64,000 nt of DNA from Pseudogymnoascus verrucosus. Lineage: Eukaryota. Below are positions 36,384-50,898 of this stretch, piece by piece. The notes under the pieces were generated by a model. It saw only the letters and a program-made list of their open reading frames with translations. It did no database searches and was not told the DNA's origin. The stretch's first letter is position 1. Every line of letters begins with the position of its first letter. The position numbers and the translations under genes were made by a program. The stretch is from the NCBI GenBank assembly GCA_001662655.1, contig KV460224.1, one strand, 5' to 3'.

Positions 36384-37205
36384 AGATGCAAGAATGGATA
36401 TATGGATACATTACGTAACGTGGGGCATGGTACTCGGCGCTGTGCGTAAAGGGGTGAAGAACGAAGATCAGTTTGGTAAAGCCGCCACAGCGCGTAAGTG
36501 ATGGAAAATGTACACGTAGGAGCGATGGGTAAGACATTCAAGATGATTGATAACAAAGTGCACAAACGGCTCTAAAACCATGTGGTTGAACGTGAGAATT
36601 GAGTAGTCTGTGATGAACGATGCAGCAAAATTAAAACCGTCGCAACCACTAAATTACCATTGCCAATTCCACGACGCATATTTGACGACATTTACTCGAG
36701 TATCACAATTGATTGTAAATAGAAACCAGGTAGCTATATATGAGAATGAAATTGACCAGATTATGAAGCTTGCTTGCGAAGACTGCAAATCTCTATGGAA
36801 ATTAACAAAACGAAAGTTGCCTCTGTAGTTTCCCCTGTTTATATCGTCGGCTCATTCCAGCGAAGCATAGTTCAACTGTTGTTCGCTTTGGCAGTTGTTA
36901 CACATCATCTAGATTGGGAACCAAAAATATGGGCATTGATGCCAGAGGGAATGAAAAATGTGTTCTAGAGACTATTTTCATAAATCATTCATAATGGCCG
37001 CATGAAATATGCCATCAAAATATCTTAGTTTCGAAGCAGATATAGTATGTAAATTGGTAGATGGAAGAAAATATAGAACAACAACGACAAAACAAATAAA
37101 AAGGGAGACGAAAAAAATATGCGGGCCCTTGAAATCAATTGGTTTAAATGAAGTTCAAGCCTGCCCGCCGTTAATCGCTCTAACTCGGCTTTCCGTGCCT
37201 TGTCT

Positions 37206-39701
37206 TTAATTGTCAGACTCTTCTTCCCAATGACTCTCGTCGTCATTGTCACATCCCTCTTGCCTCTATAAGTCATTAAAATTTGTTCAACTTATTTTGA
37301 AAGCCAGTTACTCACTGGGCCATTTCCACCATCGGTGTTCTGCAACTCTGGCAAATCATAGATAATCATAGGGAGATCCACGTCTCTCGGAGCAGTGATG
37401 ATGCCAAACTGTTCTATTCCATCAAAGCAGTGGCCCCAGCTACTTCGACCGTAGAATCCAATAATCTTCTCGGATGCAGCCGGCTCTGTACCAGTGTTAG
37501 AGAGTTAACTGCGTTAAGGCGAATAGCTTAACTAACCTAGTGTCACAACAGGACTATCGTCGTACAAATACCCCCCTTCAAAGCCATTCGAGAGATGAAA
37601 GCGCAGGCCGTTTAACTCGTGTCCTCGACCAACTTCAACTTTAGTGACTTCAATACCTTCCGGCAAAAGAAACCTCTCTGATGCGTGACCACCTAAACAC
37701 GTTAGTCATTCCAAAGCCACGACATTCCATATGACATCGGCATTTCACATACCAAAATCGTGACCTCGACCCGCACTATTCCAGCGAGGGCCGCAATGAG
37801 TCCTGTGGCCGTCTTCAAAATAGACAACCGCACCATCGAGAAGACAACCTACTCTCGAGTCAATTTCCACTGCTCTTGACACTGGGTAATGTTAGCTTAA
37901 TCCACACGATGAAGGAGTGAATACTAACATTTTCCATCCTTGCCCTTCTCATTCAACAGGACAGCCCAATCCCATTTTCCATCTTCAGCATCATCCTCGG
38001 CTTCTAGAGTTGGGGACATGACAGACTTCTTCTGAAGTACGACCGAAGATCCTGGAATGCGGATAAACGACAGATTTGCGAATAGTTTCCATACATTGCC
38101 AATCTTCCTTGATTTCCCGTTCTTTCCAAGAACCTCAAGAGTAAGTGCATTCGTTCGGTCGAAACGGGCTTCAAGCTCGGCCATAGTGAATTGCATTTCC
38201 CTGACTGTATTTATGATAGATAATCCAGGTTCAGGTGTACCGTTAAACTTCACTTGACAGACCTGAGCAGGAGAGCTAATGACCAATTTTAGGAGGTCTT
38301 CTTGGCCATCCTCAGCAACAACTAGAGCACTAGGTTCAATTTTCAAATCCTTCACGTCAAGTGAAGGATCCATTGGAAGCCAGAAATGTGGTTGCACGCT
38401 GAATGATAATGCATCGCTGAGATCCCAGGTACAGTTATTAGTAGTCTTTCCGTCGACAACCGTAATTCCTTGGATCTTCCTAGCCGAGCAGTATGCGGTG
38501 CCTCCAAGGAAGGCCTTAGGCCAGTCTTGCGCATATCCTCTTTCCATTATTCCAGTTGTATGGGGGGCACCAAATGCATGTCCGACTTCATGCAAAAATG
38601 CACCTTGACCAATTGAACAGGCTTCCCACATGGTTCCGCATTCATTGTTGTCATTCCCAACGGTGTCACCGGGGATTGAGCAGTCAAGTAGACTGCTTGC
38701 GACTTCTTCTAGAAACCGGGGCCAAGAGTACGTAAGATGACTTCCAAAGACGCCAAGCGAAAGACCTCGAGTGTTCGAGCAACCAAGTGCAGCATGTCCG
38801 AGAATTAGATTCTGTTCCGCCGAAAATGTCGAGTCGAGAATCAGACCCGCCACGATAGGGTGGGCGGTGGCCACAAAAGGTCCGCCATGCTTCTTCAGCG
38901 CTTCTTCGAAATATTTGTGTAAGTCATCTCTCCTCCGGCCCTGTTTATTTTGTTGGGCGACTTGAGCATCACGGATCTCAGAGACTGTCTTTTCAGACCG
39001 TATTAGGTGTATCTTTGCAGTAGAGGACATTCGAGTTTTAGTAGGGTCGCTCAGAAACTCTCGACTCAATGTCTCGTCAGCCCATTCTTCTTCGATGCGG
39101 AACGATCGGCGACCAAGGTGCTTGCTTCGCAGGTCCTCTGCTGTCAGAGCTTGCCACATGTACGCAGTCATTCGAAACTTCTTAACTACTGCATCCAAGT
39201 CTGAGTGTGCCGATGAGATGGCGCCTCTCTTGTTTGGAGGGCAGTCGATTAGTAGTGGGGAATCCTTTGCTATCATGATAGCCAAGTGAAGAGGTGGAAC
39301 TTGGAGGAGTGGAACATAGTTGAGTTCCACCTGGATTGACCGACAATCCGCGCTGCCATAATGGTGCTCCAACAAGAGAAGGTTGGTCCCAGGTGATAGG
39401 ATAACGAGCGCTTTGAAATGCCCCTCAAAAACCGGCCAATTTTGGACCGGGAATGATTCTTTTCCAACATAGTCTGTGGACTTAACTATGAGGTAGTCAT
39501 CAACTGAGTCGTCCGAGGTACGGCAAGTACCACTGATTATAACGGCACGCTTGGGGATGTCAGCAAAAGATGCATTAAAGCGTACTCGTCGCAACTTACT
39601 TGATGTACTGTTTCCCCAGTGGCGATGTTATGTAGGACGATCTCCTGGTCGTCGATTTGCGTCATCGCGGGGGATTCCTTTCTTTTCTTATTAACAGTCA
39701 T
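37206..39701 (-). CDS. Putative zinc metallopeptidase with C-terminal jacalin-like lectin domain (YIL108W-like)
   Basis: PPLHLAIMIAKDSP, GHAALG, GSHLTYSWP, HEVGHAFGAPH. The C-terminal exons read RVGCLLDGAVV, GLRFHL and IIGFYGRS. Confidence 0.85.
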
Positions 39702-40295
39702 TGTAGTGATAGTCTGTAATGATATAAAAAATCGAGGAGAACAAACGCCTTTTGTACTATTCCTCTCGAATTAAAAAATAGAGTTTGCGGCACAGCAAAG
39801 CACGTTTCTGTCGCGTGCACACGTGAGAATAGGCAGCATCTTGGTATTGGGTTCTGGACCATAGGCTATTCCAGGCTACTGTAGGCTTCCGCGCTAAAAA
39901 TGGCTTGCTGTGGAGGTGCTGTGGAGCGCTGAGCACAGGTGCAATTTTAAACGACAAAGGTTGAAATGTTACTCTACGCTTGGCTGCTCTTGGCTCATAA
40001 TGGTGATAGCATCACAACGGTGCCTAGGAGGACAACGAACGCCTGCTGTATAGTATAATATATGGATTGTTCTAATATAGAGTAACGAATGTAGCTATGC
40101 GGTTTGATTGTCAGGCCATAAACCTTCCTAACATGGTCGCTACTCTCTAGAAGTAGGGCAAGGTGGCTGAGAGAAATTAACGGCTGAATCGTTCTTTGGG
40201 ATCTTGAAATAGATTCTATTATAGGATTTTAAACCTGATCATTCGCAGGTTGAATGCCAAAGTCATGATAATGGTTTGCAGGGTAACCTCATAAC

Positions 40296-41230
40296 CTATT
40301 TGGTCTGGGGAAAAGCCATGCCAACCAGAATAGCAGGCTCCTCAACATTATGATGGGCGTAACTCATGATACCAATGGCGCCTGGCTCCATCATCATCGT
40401 GAACTGGAAAGCCATAGGGTAGAGGAGCCATCGCTTTGTGAATGCGCGTAGGATATGACCGTGAGCAACCTATTTATAATAGTCTTAGTAATATGGCATG
40501 GAGTGGTAGTATAATAGACGAGTTCTTACAATCAGGACATCCGCAGGTTGGCCACTTTTTCCATCCATGTGTGGGGTCTGCAACTTGTAAATCTCCCCGA
40601 TGAGCCGATCAAGACGCTTTTGCACTTCTTCGGCGGATCTAGATTGGGCAGAGCATATTAAAAAGTTGTTCTCAGGCACTGACACTTTGCAATCTTTCCT
40701 TTCGAGAGAGGGTGGAATCGACTTACTCCCCACCCTCACAACCCATGGTCCAGATATCCCACTTGGGTAGTCCCCTCTCAGCCCTGCTCTCTTTGATCTC
40801 ATGCGGCTTCAAACCCTCATAAGATCCATAATCCCACTCAGTGATATCCTCTGTAACGGTGACTTTGCCCTCCTTCTCCAAGCGATCTTTATGGATGGGC
40901 CCGAGAAGCATATCTAATGTAACAACAGCACGCTGACGAGGTGAAGTGAAGACGTGCGCTAATTTGGACGGATCGATGAGCTTTCCTGGTCCGACCAATG
41001 CTTCACCTGTGCCTTTGACTTGGGAGATGCCATTTTCCGTCAGAGGGATCTCAGCGTTGCCGGTGCAGCGGCCGTTGATGGTCCATTCGGTCTCGCCTGG
41101 TATTCATAAAGGATTAGAAAAGATTTAAACTGGAAGATTTGAGGGGGTTGAGAGATGTGAGGGTGTGGAGTGGTTATTTACCGTGTCTGGCGAGGAAGAC
41201 TCGTGGTGTGGTTGCGTTTGCGTCAGACAT
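40296..41230 (-). CDS. Histidine phosphatase / phosphoglycerate mutase family (SHB17-like)
   Basis: PRVFLARHG|ETEWTINGRCTG, TSPRQRA, EWDYGSYEG, VAHGHILRAFTKRW. Confidence 0.88.
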
Positions 41231-42007
41231 TTTGTTGGATACCTCAGGCGTTACACAGATGGGGCGTCGAAGCTGAGTCGCGGAACCAATGTGCGAATAA
41301 AGGGCAGTTAAGTAAACTTTGGGTGCTTTTATTGGAGGTCAGAAATCTAGTATCACTGATTACGTTGCGCTGTGAGTTTCCGGTATCTGCCTCAACGGCT
41401 CAGTTTCGTTAATGCGGGCTGACTAGATTTGGGGGGTAATAATTATTCTACCCCCCATATCAAACCCTGGTCACCTTCATTTTGGTTGTGCAGGTTGCCT
41501 CACTGGGCACGCCCTGCATCATGCAGGCTAGATATAAAGGCGAGCCCTCGCGTCGTGCAACAGAATCTAATTGGCACGGAAAATTGCACTGCTACGCCTT
41601 GACCAGGCTACCCGTTGGCCAATCACTCTTCGGACATTTTCATAATGTACAGCAGGATCAACACAAATTTATAGGTCCGCCGGTCATTATGTATTCGTTT
41701 GAGGCTTCTCATAGTAAGCCAGACGTCGCCAATATTTACGCGGTTGGACTACCTACCCTAGGGGTCCAGTTTTTGTGGGGTCGAGCCTTATTCTCAAGTG
41801 ATGAGCGAGCTATCTTAGAGTGGGAGAGTTGACAACCTTATATTCTGTATGCAGCAGTTTCAAACCATCTCAGATGCATTACCAGCAGCTATCGAATCAT
41901 CAAAGACAAACCTCCAAGCCTCGCCATTATCCCATAATCAGTACTAACCCCAAGACTGGGATGACATGAACAAGACCAAATATCTATTTATGCCCCGTCA
42001 ATATAAT

Positions 42008-43601
42008 TTATTCAATGATCACCGTAGTCTCATAGGAATTCAAAGGGGTGCCTCTTTGAGGTTGTTGAATATCAGCCTTTGTGGAGGCTGAGGTTCGAAG
42101 TCCTGACAGGTAAGGTAGCCCATGGTTATTGTCGGCCATTTTCTCATTCCTTGTCAGCTCCGAAATGGAGGCGCTAGAAATTGATGTGGTTCTGTTATCA
42201 ATTGGGCGCTCTTCCAACTCCAGGCCTATAGTTGTAGGCGGCATAACTCGGTGAACGGGCTCTTCTCCTCTCTCCTTCGCCCATTCTTCATAACCACCTG
42301 GGAACTTTTCAATCAAAGTCTTCATAGTCTCTTTGGCCCTGTGGCGCAACCGTCTATTAGCGGTGTAAATCAAGTATAAGTGACGGTACTCACATGTTTC
42401 GGTACCTCAGGTTCCCAGAGAATAAGGCCGAGCTTTTGAGGTCCCATCGGCTTAAGATGTTGTCAATAACTAATCATATAACAGAATCAAAGATCTCACA
42501 GGTAGTAAAGCATGTTGCGATCATCTTGGTCTTCCTCGGGGGCAGAAACTGGAAAATAGTCGAAGTACGCTGCCATATATTGCCTTCCAATAAGGTGACG
42601 AATTGGTCGCCAAGCAGCCATTTCCACTGTGCGTGATCAGCATACACAATCCGGTTGCGGTCTCTCCAGTCCCGTTCCACGATGCCAGACCTACATTCAT
42701 TGTGGGCATATAGAGCTGCTGCATCGTAGATGACCGGCATGTTAGTGTCGATGTTCCATGAGGTATTTCCCGCCCAAAGATCGCCGTGGATAAGACGAGG
42801 CTGTATGTGGCGGCCCCCAGTCTCGAGTGGTCGAAGCAAGCGTGGAATTACCTTGTCAAGGATGCCCTGACAAAGATCTCGCATTTCTTCATCTACGCCT
42901 TGAGATTTCTCTTCGGCGTGCATGAACCACTTCATGGAGTGATAGTATGACTCTTCCCAGGTGTCATGCCAGGTAGTATACTGGGGGATTGTACCCTTAT
43001 AGGTAGGCACATGGAATCCGTACCTGCCCCCAGGGGAGACCCCCTTCTTGTGCAGCTCTGCGAGTTTTGAGGTGAAAGCTTGAATTTCAGGAATCTCATC
43101 CGTCATATTAATTAGCTGGCAGCAAAAAAAGTGAATGCCTGGAGCAGATGCATATGTGCCAGTTCCAATGGGCTCCGGTACAAACTCAGGCATTGTTTGA
43201 TATAAAGCCGTCATCGAGGAAAACTCTCCAGTAACCATACCCTTGCCATTGTCACCTTGAGATACCTGCCATAGTCATTAGCAATACTCCATATCAACTT
43301 GGCAGAGATTACTTTACTTTGAGGAAGTAGGAACGGGGGGTGCCATCAGCCATTTGAGTTGAAATTTCAGCAGTTCTAGTCCAATAACTTGCTCCATGAG
43401 GACGAATGCTCTCGACCACGGTGCCTGGAGGCAATACTGACTTTGTTAAGGGTGGCCAGTATGATTTGTTGAACATACCAAACTATACTTACTTGCTTTG
43501 ACGTTATCATCAACAAAATGAATCCATTTTTCATCGACATCGATTGGCTTGCCCCATTCCGCGGGGGTCATCACATGCAAAACCTCCAAGGGAGTAGCCA
43601 T
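42008..43601 (-). CDS. Fructosamine-3-kinase / ribulosamine kinase family protein, multi-exon
   Basis: HGASYWTRTAEI, YFLK, GEFSSM, YGFHVPT, RLLRPLE, LIHGDLWAGN, IYDAAALYAHNE. Confidence 0.88.
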
Positions 43602-44521
43602 ACCTGTGGTGGTAGAAGCAATGAGTTCAAAACAGCCAAAGTATGCCGTGACACCAGCCAAGTTTGGGGACTGAGGATAAAAGAGAAAGATGGGAGTGAT
43701 CGAGAGCGTGGCTAAAATTCCTTCCTCCCAGAACTGGCGGGCGCGTGAGCTTGGAGTCTCGGAATACCATAGACAGAATGAAGAGAAGCTAAGGGGGAGA
43801 CCTTCCTTTTGACAGGTTCAAAATGCAACTCTCGGTGAGTCCATATACCATAAATTTACTGGGCAAGGCTGTAGAAACAGTTAGTGGATTGGGCCGAATC
43901 AACTCGCTTGCGCCTGCCTGACATATACATGGTGCATAGTCCGACGCATTATGCATGCACATTCCATGGGCAATCACACAACGACGCCCCCCCCCGCTCT
44001 TGCTTATTGTACAATACTGTATTGAGTACGCTGCATACTATGCACGAGTTATTGGTTGGCCGTCTCAGCACCATCTTTCAATCACGATGCAATGCAACGC
44101 AGGATACAACCCTCGCAACCGTCCCGTCCTGATCCTTCGGACCGGTCTGGCTTTAAAGCGATAAGAACAAATCAATTGCTGGAGGGGCTGAAAGGACAAG
44201 GAAGTTGGGGAAGGCGGGGACGGGAGGAGTCGCAGGTCGTCGTACAGCTATCTTCTGGCCTCTTCAGCCGGTCGCAATCCATTTCGACCAGAGATGGAAA
44301 GTGGTCATGAGAGGCCGTGACAACTACTATGCGTATGACACTGGACCTCCCGGTTTGATCTGCAAGCCTTACCCGACAAGGCCTCAGGTTGTCTGTTTCC
44401 AACTTATATATTACTACCCGTATAGGACTTGCTCTAGTAGTTCTCTGTTGTTGGATCTTCCGACATCGCAGGTATCGCACCGACACCATGGTCAGGGTAG
44501 ATCTAGGCCCTTCTTCAGGCT

Positions 44522-47500
44522 ATGGATCTTAAGTCCCATCCAACCTCATCCTCATCCTCTACTAGTCGTTCTTTACTGTCTTCCACCCGAAGTTGGCTCC
44601 CTGGAGGAGGCGAAAACCAGAAAGCGGAGGACACGATAGGTCCTTTGGGACTGAACACCCTATATGTACCGTCATCTATCCCCGCGAACGCCGATCTGAT
44701 TTTCGTACACGGACTTGGTGGAGGGTCACGGAAGACATGGACGAAACCAAATGACCCGTCAACTTACTGGCCCAAAGAGTGGCTGCCAAATGACCAAGAT
44801 ATGCAAGATGTCCGAATACATAGTTTTGGATATGACTCCAATTGGGGCAAGAAGAGCAACCTGGGGATCCATGACTTTGCAAGTGCGTTGCTCAGTTCCA
44901 TTCTCCACTGCCCATCCATCCCCCAAGATACAAAGGTGTGTTCATTTCCCTTTCATATTATCAACCATAGCTCCATATTTTCATTCGGTACCTTTCGGTT
45001 CAGTAGCTCCAACTCATGGGGTCACATCTTACGAAGAGCGGATGCTCGTTGCAGGAATCATGTCCCGTTTCTGTTACTCGTGCGGACTTTTGCCCTAGAG
45101 ATCAATTACTCACCTCGTATTAGGCTCCTATTGTGTTCGTTGGCCATAGTATGGGGGGCCTGGTCATAAAACGTGCATATCTCCTAGCTAGAGCAAAGAA
45201 CGAGTTTGCATCACTAGTATCTCGCATTCAGGGTATACTATTCCTAGCGACACCCCATAGAGGAGCCGATTGTGCCCAGCTCCTCTCAAAAGTTCTCAAT
45301 TTGATGGGCGGAAAAAGAGGTTATGTCAACGACCTGAATCGCGATTCTACGGCCCTCCATTCCATCAATGATGAGTTTCCCGACTGCTGCCAAGATCTCC
45401 TCCTGTATTCGTTTTACGAGACTATTGCGACGAGCTTCGCTGTCACAAAGAGCGTTATTGTGGGGAGAGATCTGGCAACAATGGGATACGCAAACGAACG
45501 CAGAGCATACATTCATGCTAATCATCGCGGAATTTGCAAGTACGATTCCCAGAAAGATCCCGGCTATCTCACAGTCAGAAATGCACTCGCTTCAGTTCTT
45601 TCTATCTTGCGGGACCGTTTTGGATCATCAAAAGAAGAATTTGACACCGATAGGCGCCAGCTCGACGATTTATTGGGCGTATCCGACGCTCCTGAGGATG
45701 ATTTTATCAGCGCAGACAGTCATCGCATGGAAGGTTCAGTCGAGTGGTTGATCATGAAAGAAAACTTTCAAGAATGGATCCACAATGCTATCTCGCCGAT
45801 TTATTCCATTACTGCCAAACCGGCTACAGGTAAAACAATATTAAGTGGAAAGGTTATTGCATATCTGAGGAAACTCAAAAAGCAATGCAGCTTCTACTTC
45901 TTCCGGTATGACACAAAAGAGAAGGCCAATGTCACGTCATTTCTACTGTCTATGGCGTGGCAGATGGCTAACTCTGACAAGAGGATATTGACCACCTGTC
46001 TCAATATCCTCGAGAAAGATAAAAATTTAAAGAGTGACTACCGCACTATATGGCGCAAGTTGTTTCTAGAGGGCATTTTCAAGATCCTCTGCGAAGAAGT
46101 TCACTACTGGGTGATTGATGCCTTGGATGAATCCAACAACGAAGCAGAAATTATCTCCCTGCTCATTAAAACGGCCGAGGTATCTTTCATACATATCCTG
46201 ATAACGTCACGGAATCGATTTGAGCCTCGTCAAAGTTTAGGGGAGTCTAAAGTCAGTGTGATCTCGGAACCAATTCTAGAGGAGGACAGCAAGTCTGACA
46301 TAACGATGTATCTCCGTGCGAATATGGATGCTCTCCCTTCCGTCGATAGAGACGGCCAGCAATCAATTGTCCGCCAGATCCTGGAGAAGTCGAGGGGATG
46401 CTTTTTATGGGTAAGCATAGTTGTTCAGGAACTCAGAAATATACACACCTCTACGGACAAGCAAAGAATTCTAGACGAGGTTCCTACAGACATGAATGAG
46501 TTGTATGCTCGGATTTTGGATATCATGTCAAAAGCCACCTACGGGAAAGAGCTTGCGAAAGCTATTATTACATGGACGGTGTGCTCTATCCGTCCTTTAA
46601 AAGTTCCGGAGCTTCATGAAGCTCTTCAACTAGACCTCAAAGTGACAATCGACGACCTCGAAAATTCGATACGGTCCTGCTGTGGGCAACTAGTCTACAT
46701 TGATACAAACGGCCATGTACAAATAACTCATTTGACTGCTCGGCAATTCCTTCTCGACGCCGGCACAGATTCAGAGTTCTCGGTCAATGAGAAAGAAGGT
46801 CATCGACGCCTATTGTTGACAGGTTTACAGTTCCTCAATAGAGACCCAATAAAAGGCTTAAGGAACCGGAGATCCAATATCAGTACGATAGCTAGAGAAG
46901 ATTCCGCCTTCATCAATTACGCTTCAAATTCTTTGTGCGAACACATATCACACGCAAGTTCGACAGATCGAGACGTACTACTCGCGGTGGCAGCGTTTTT
47001 TAAGTCCCGTAGCGTGCTACATTGGATTGAATACATTGCGAAGCATTCTGATCAACAGCGCTTGGTAGAAGCTGGGAAGGCTCTAGGCACATTTCTCCAA
47101 GAAATTCCCGTACAGGCATCATCAACATCTGCGGAGGTGGCATTGCTAAGCTCGTGGGCGACTGATTTAGTGCGCTTAGTTATGCAGTTTGGAAAAAATC
47201 TGGAACAGTACCCTGGATCCATTTACCATCTCATCCCGCCATTTTGCCCGTCCGAGACTGCTCTGCGGAAGCAGTTCGGATCATCAGCTCGAAGCATCAC
47301 CGTTCGCGGACTACGAGCCGAGACTTGGGATGATTGCTTAGCAACGGTCATCGATATGCTTGAAAAATACTCAAGCATAGCATGTTCAAAGTCACAATTC
47401 TCAGTCGGATGTTTTAGTGGTAAAATATTTATCTTCAAACAAACTACTTGTCAAAAGATTGCGACTCTTCAACATGGTGAGCCTGTGAGGATCTTGATCT

Positions 47501-49431
47501 TCGGCGAGGTGAAGAACATTCTCGTTTCAGCAGGCTCAAAATCTATTTGTGTTTGGGATCTTAGCTCGAACACTAAACTGCACATGTTTGAAGCACCTCA
47601 GCAATGTATGGCGCTTTCTCTTGACGATGAAGATCGACTTCTTCTTGGAGCTTTAAAGGACCACCGCTTGAATTTCTGGGACTTAGATGCAGGGGGGCCA
47701 TCAGTGCCGGTTGAATGGACCCGAGGCCTAGAAGCTATGACAATTCAAGTTTATCGGCGTCCAACTACTGCCGCGTTTGGGATAGACTGTGGGTTATTGG
47801 CAGTCATATACAAAGGCCAAGATATATTGTTATGGAACCTCGATACTGATTCGTTCGAAGCTCTCTATAGTAGGGAGTCCGGCAAAATTGCTGAAAGCTT
47901 GGGAAGACCATATGGCTCATCGGGAGTACGGTGTCTGGTTTTCGGCAACGCATCTAATGCAAACCTACTAGCATGTGCATATACAGATGGTGAACTGGTA
48001 CTCTTTGATACCTCCATTGGAGAGGTCAAAGAGCGGATTGTGGCATTTGCTCACGTACTCGCTTGTTCGCCTGATGGCCGTATGCTAGCTACAGCTGATC
48101 CAGCGGGAACTATTCAGCTTTTCAGCTTAGAAACACTGCAGTTGATTTATCGAATTGGTTCAGTTGAGCCTGGACTCCAGGATCTCACTTTCAGCCTTGA
48201 TGGCCTACGTCTGCTTGACATCAGAGGATCGCGGTGCCGGGTTTGGGACCTGGCTGATCTGGTAACAGCAGCTACGGACGAATCTGGATGCGCCGCAGAT
48301 GACGCCAATACCACAGGAGGGGTCACTCCAGACCCTTCTGAAAATTCCATCTTAATCACATCAATAGCATGTGATGATATTGGAGAATCATTCTTTGTCG
48401 GTAAAGAAGACGGCTCTGTTCACGCGTACGCTATTGGCTCAGGCCTACATACTGGAGAACTTTTTCACCATGCCCATGGGGTTTCAATTTATTTTCTTCG
48501 CTTTGAAGCCGAAAGTCAGACGCTCATTAGCGTTGATTCATCCAGCAGGACCATGATTCATAAATTGATACGCCGAGGTCATTCTCTGTCGGCAACCCAG
48601 GTCCTATTTGACTATCGAACGCATGTAGCAGTGAGACAAGTCGTTTGCCAGCCAGGATTACAACGGATTCTTATAAGTTCGGCTCAGTCTGATATGCTCT
48701 GGTCCATATCACCAGATGACAATAACATTTTGGCCACCGCCGATTATGAAGACCGTGAGCCGTGTCGATGGACGAACCATCCACATAATCGCGATCAACT
48801 TATTGTCATAACGCACCTCAAAGCACATATCTACGATTGGAGAACATTACAGAGACTCACAGTTGAAGCGGGAATTGAACTCCAAGGAAAGATTCTACCG
48901 GAGCTCTCAATACAATCAGTGAGTCCTTGCTTTGATGGGACGGCTCTAGCAACTATGTTTAGCAAACCCAACCAGCCCCATTCAAAATCGAAACTCATAG
49001 TCTGGAATATATTGGACTTCACTCCTGAGTCGACTTCTGCGACCCCAGACCCAAGTTATCGCACATTATCTAACAACGTTGAAGTACTCATCGGCAACAC
49101 CTGCGCCATATCTGGTCAATCGCAGCGCTTGATTTTCCTAGGTGTTGGCCAATGGGTCTGCGCTGTTGACATGGAGGCGGCTAAGACAAATAGTTTCGTG
49201 CGGCACTTTTTCTTCCCTGCGGACTGGCTGACTACGAGGAAGGATTTGGATTTAACTATGAAGGTAACAAAGAACGGAGACCTATTGCTCATAAAAGATG
49301 ATGAGGTTGCGGTTGTGAGGAGGGGACTACTTACGCCCGAATTCGTGGAGGGTGGTGGAAATACGGGGAGTTCGACGCCATCGACAGGAATATCAGCACT
49401 TACGCGTAGGGTTCGCAGGGTTGGACTCTAA
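44522..49431 (+). CDS. Fungal NLR-like protein: alpha/beta-hydrolase - NACHT - WD40
   Basis: LIFVHGLGGG and, after an intron at about 44936-45123, VGHSMGGLVIK. P-loop AKPATGKT, Walker B WVIDALDE, GCFLWV and degenerate WD repeats (ICVWDL, LNFWDL, ILLWNL, CRVWDL). Confidence 0.9.
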
Positions 49432-50898
49432 TGAGGTTTGCAGTACCATATCGTGCAAAAAACCTTATTAGAGTCCACTCCCGGTTCATGCAAGCTTTGG
49501 TTCGTCGGTTCAGGGTCAACTTCACTATCGAGATATAGGAGAGAAAATTTGGAGGTATAAGTTTAGTTAGAGGTGCTGAAGTTGGATATTTTGAATCGTC
49601 GCGGCGATTGTCTAGGACTGGTGGGATGTTGGTGCTAGTGTTAGGTCGAGTTAGAGTCTCTATGAAGGATATAACTTATGGATATGATGTGAAGTAATTA
49701 GCAAGGCTTGGAGTTTTAAACTTCGGGTTTGAGAGGAATTGAGGGGATTTGAGGTGACTAAAGGAATCACTCACTCAAAAGAAATAATTTTCACTTAACT
49801 TTGGGTTTGTCAGTGTTGCGACATGATGTGCAAAAGGTTTCAGACACGGCCTAGAGCCCAACATTGGCAATCTTTTGGCCTATATAATCTTGCCACCATT
49901 AGTGTCCCTGTAATATGAGGGCCTTGGCTTAATATATTATAGACTATTCCAGTGGTGACTGTCCCTGTCTATGTCTCAGACCCTACAGGACGTCGGTGTG
50001 CCAATGCAGGCGGGACAAGAAGCTTGAATGATTATCTGACGTATCAGTATTGGCACTGCCAAGCTCCCACTCCTTCCTGTTTTTTGGCCTATCTTCGACA
50101 TATTTTCACTATTAAAAAAATATATGTCTCTTTGGAATTAATCCGGTTATCTCTACTTATTTATAGGATGTTCATGGAGACTGAAGATAATTTTTATTTA
50201 ATACCTTGTAGATTTAAATAAAAATTATATTGGCTAACCAGAGTTTATGCTACAGGATACGTAGCCTAAACTTATCAAAATATGATGCTTAAATACCTCA
50301 TCCTGGCCTACGTAAATAAGAATATATACAATAAAAGCATCTACTATATTAATGTTTACCATATGTTACTCCTCTTTCATGGAGTTACGATCACTTATAT
50401 AAGTTATAAAAAGGGGCAATAAACGTGACTGGCCAATGCCGCCAAGGCTGAAGGCGGGGCGGGGCGGAGAGGCGACGCCGACATTCCGATCGGCTGTTTG
50501 GGGATGGTGCGTGTACGAAGTAGCTCATGGTCCAATGTGAAAGGACACTTCCGGCCTTGGTTATCAGGGTATCGTCACCAATCCATGATTCTCACGACGA
50601 CAACGACGCTCTAAGTTCTCAATCCGCGATTGTTAACTGCCGCTGAAGCTCTTTTATTTATTATTACCTCTACTCTCAAGAGAGTTATTGGCTGGGCGAC
50701 ACGAGCGAGGCTACCACGCCAAGTGTTCCAACGACGTGACTTGATTGACACGAAGCTCTCCCATTGAAACGCGACTCTCGCCGCATAGCACGAAGATTAC
50801 GAACTCAACTTCCGCGGCCGGCACGGCTCCCGGCTACCTGCGCGCGCATGCCCACAACGGCCCAGGCTTGATGCGCGTCTGCACCGCGGCACAGGAGG

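Noticed and set aside
43700..44520. Possible amyloid-signalling partner gene next to the NLR
   Set aside because: No HET-s, PP or sigma-like motif and no HeLo, gasdermin or HET domain was recognisable in the flanking ORFs.
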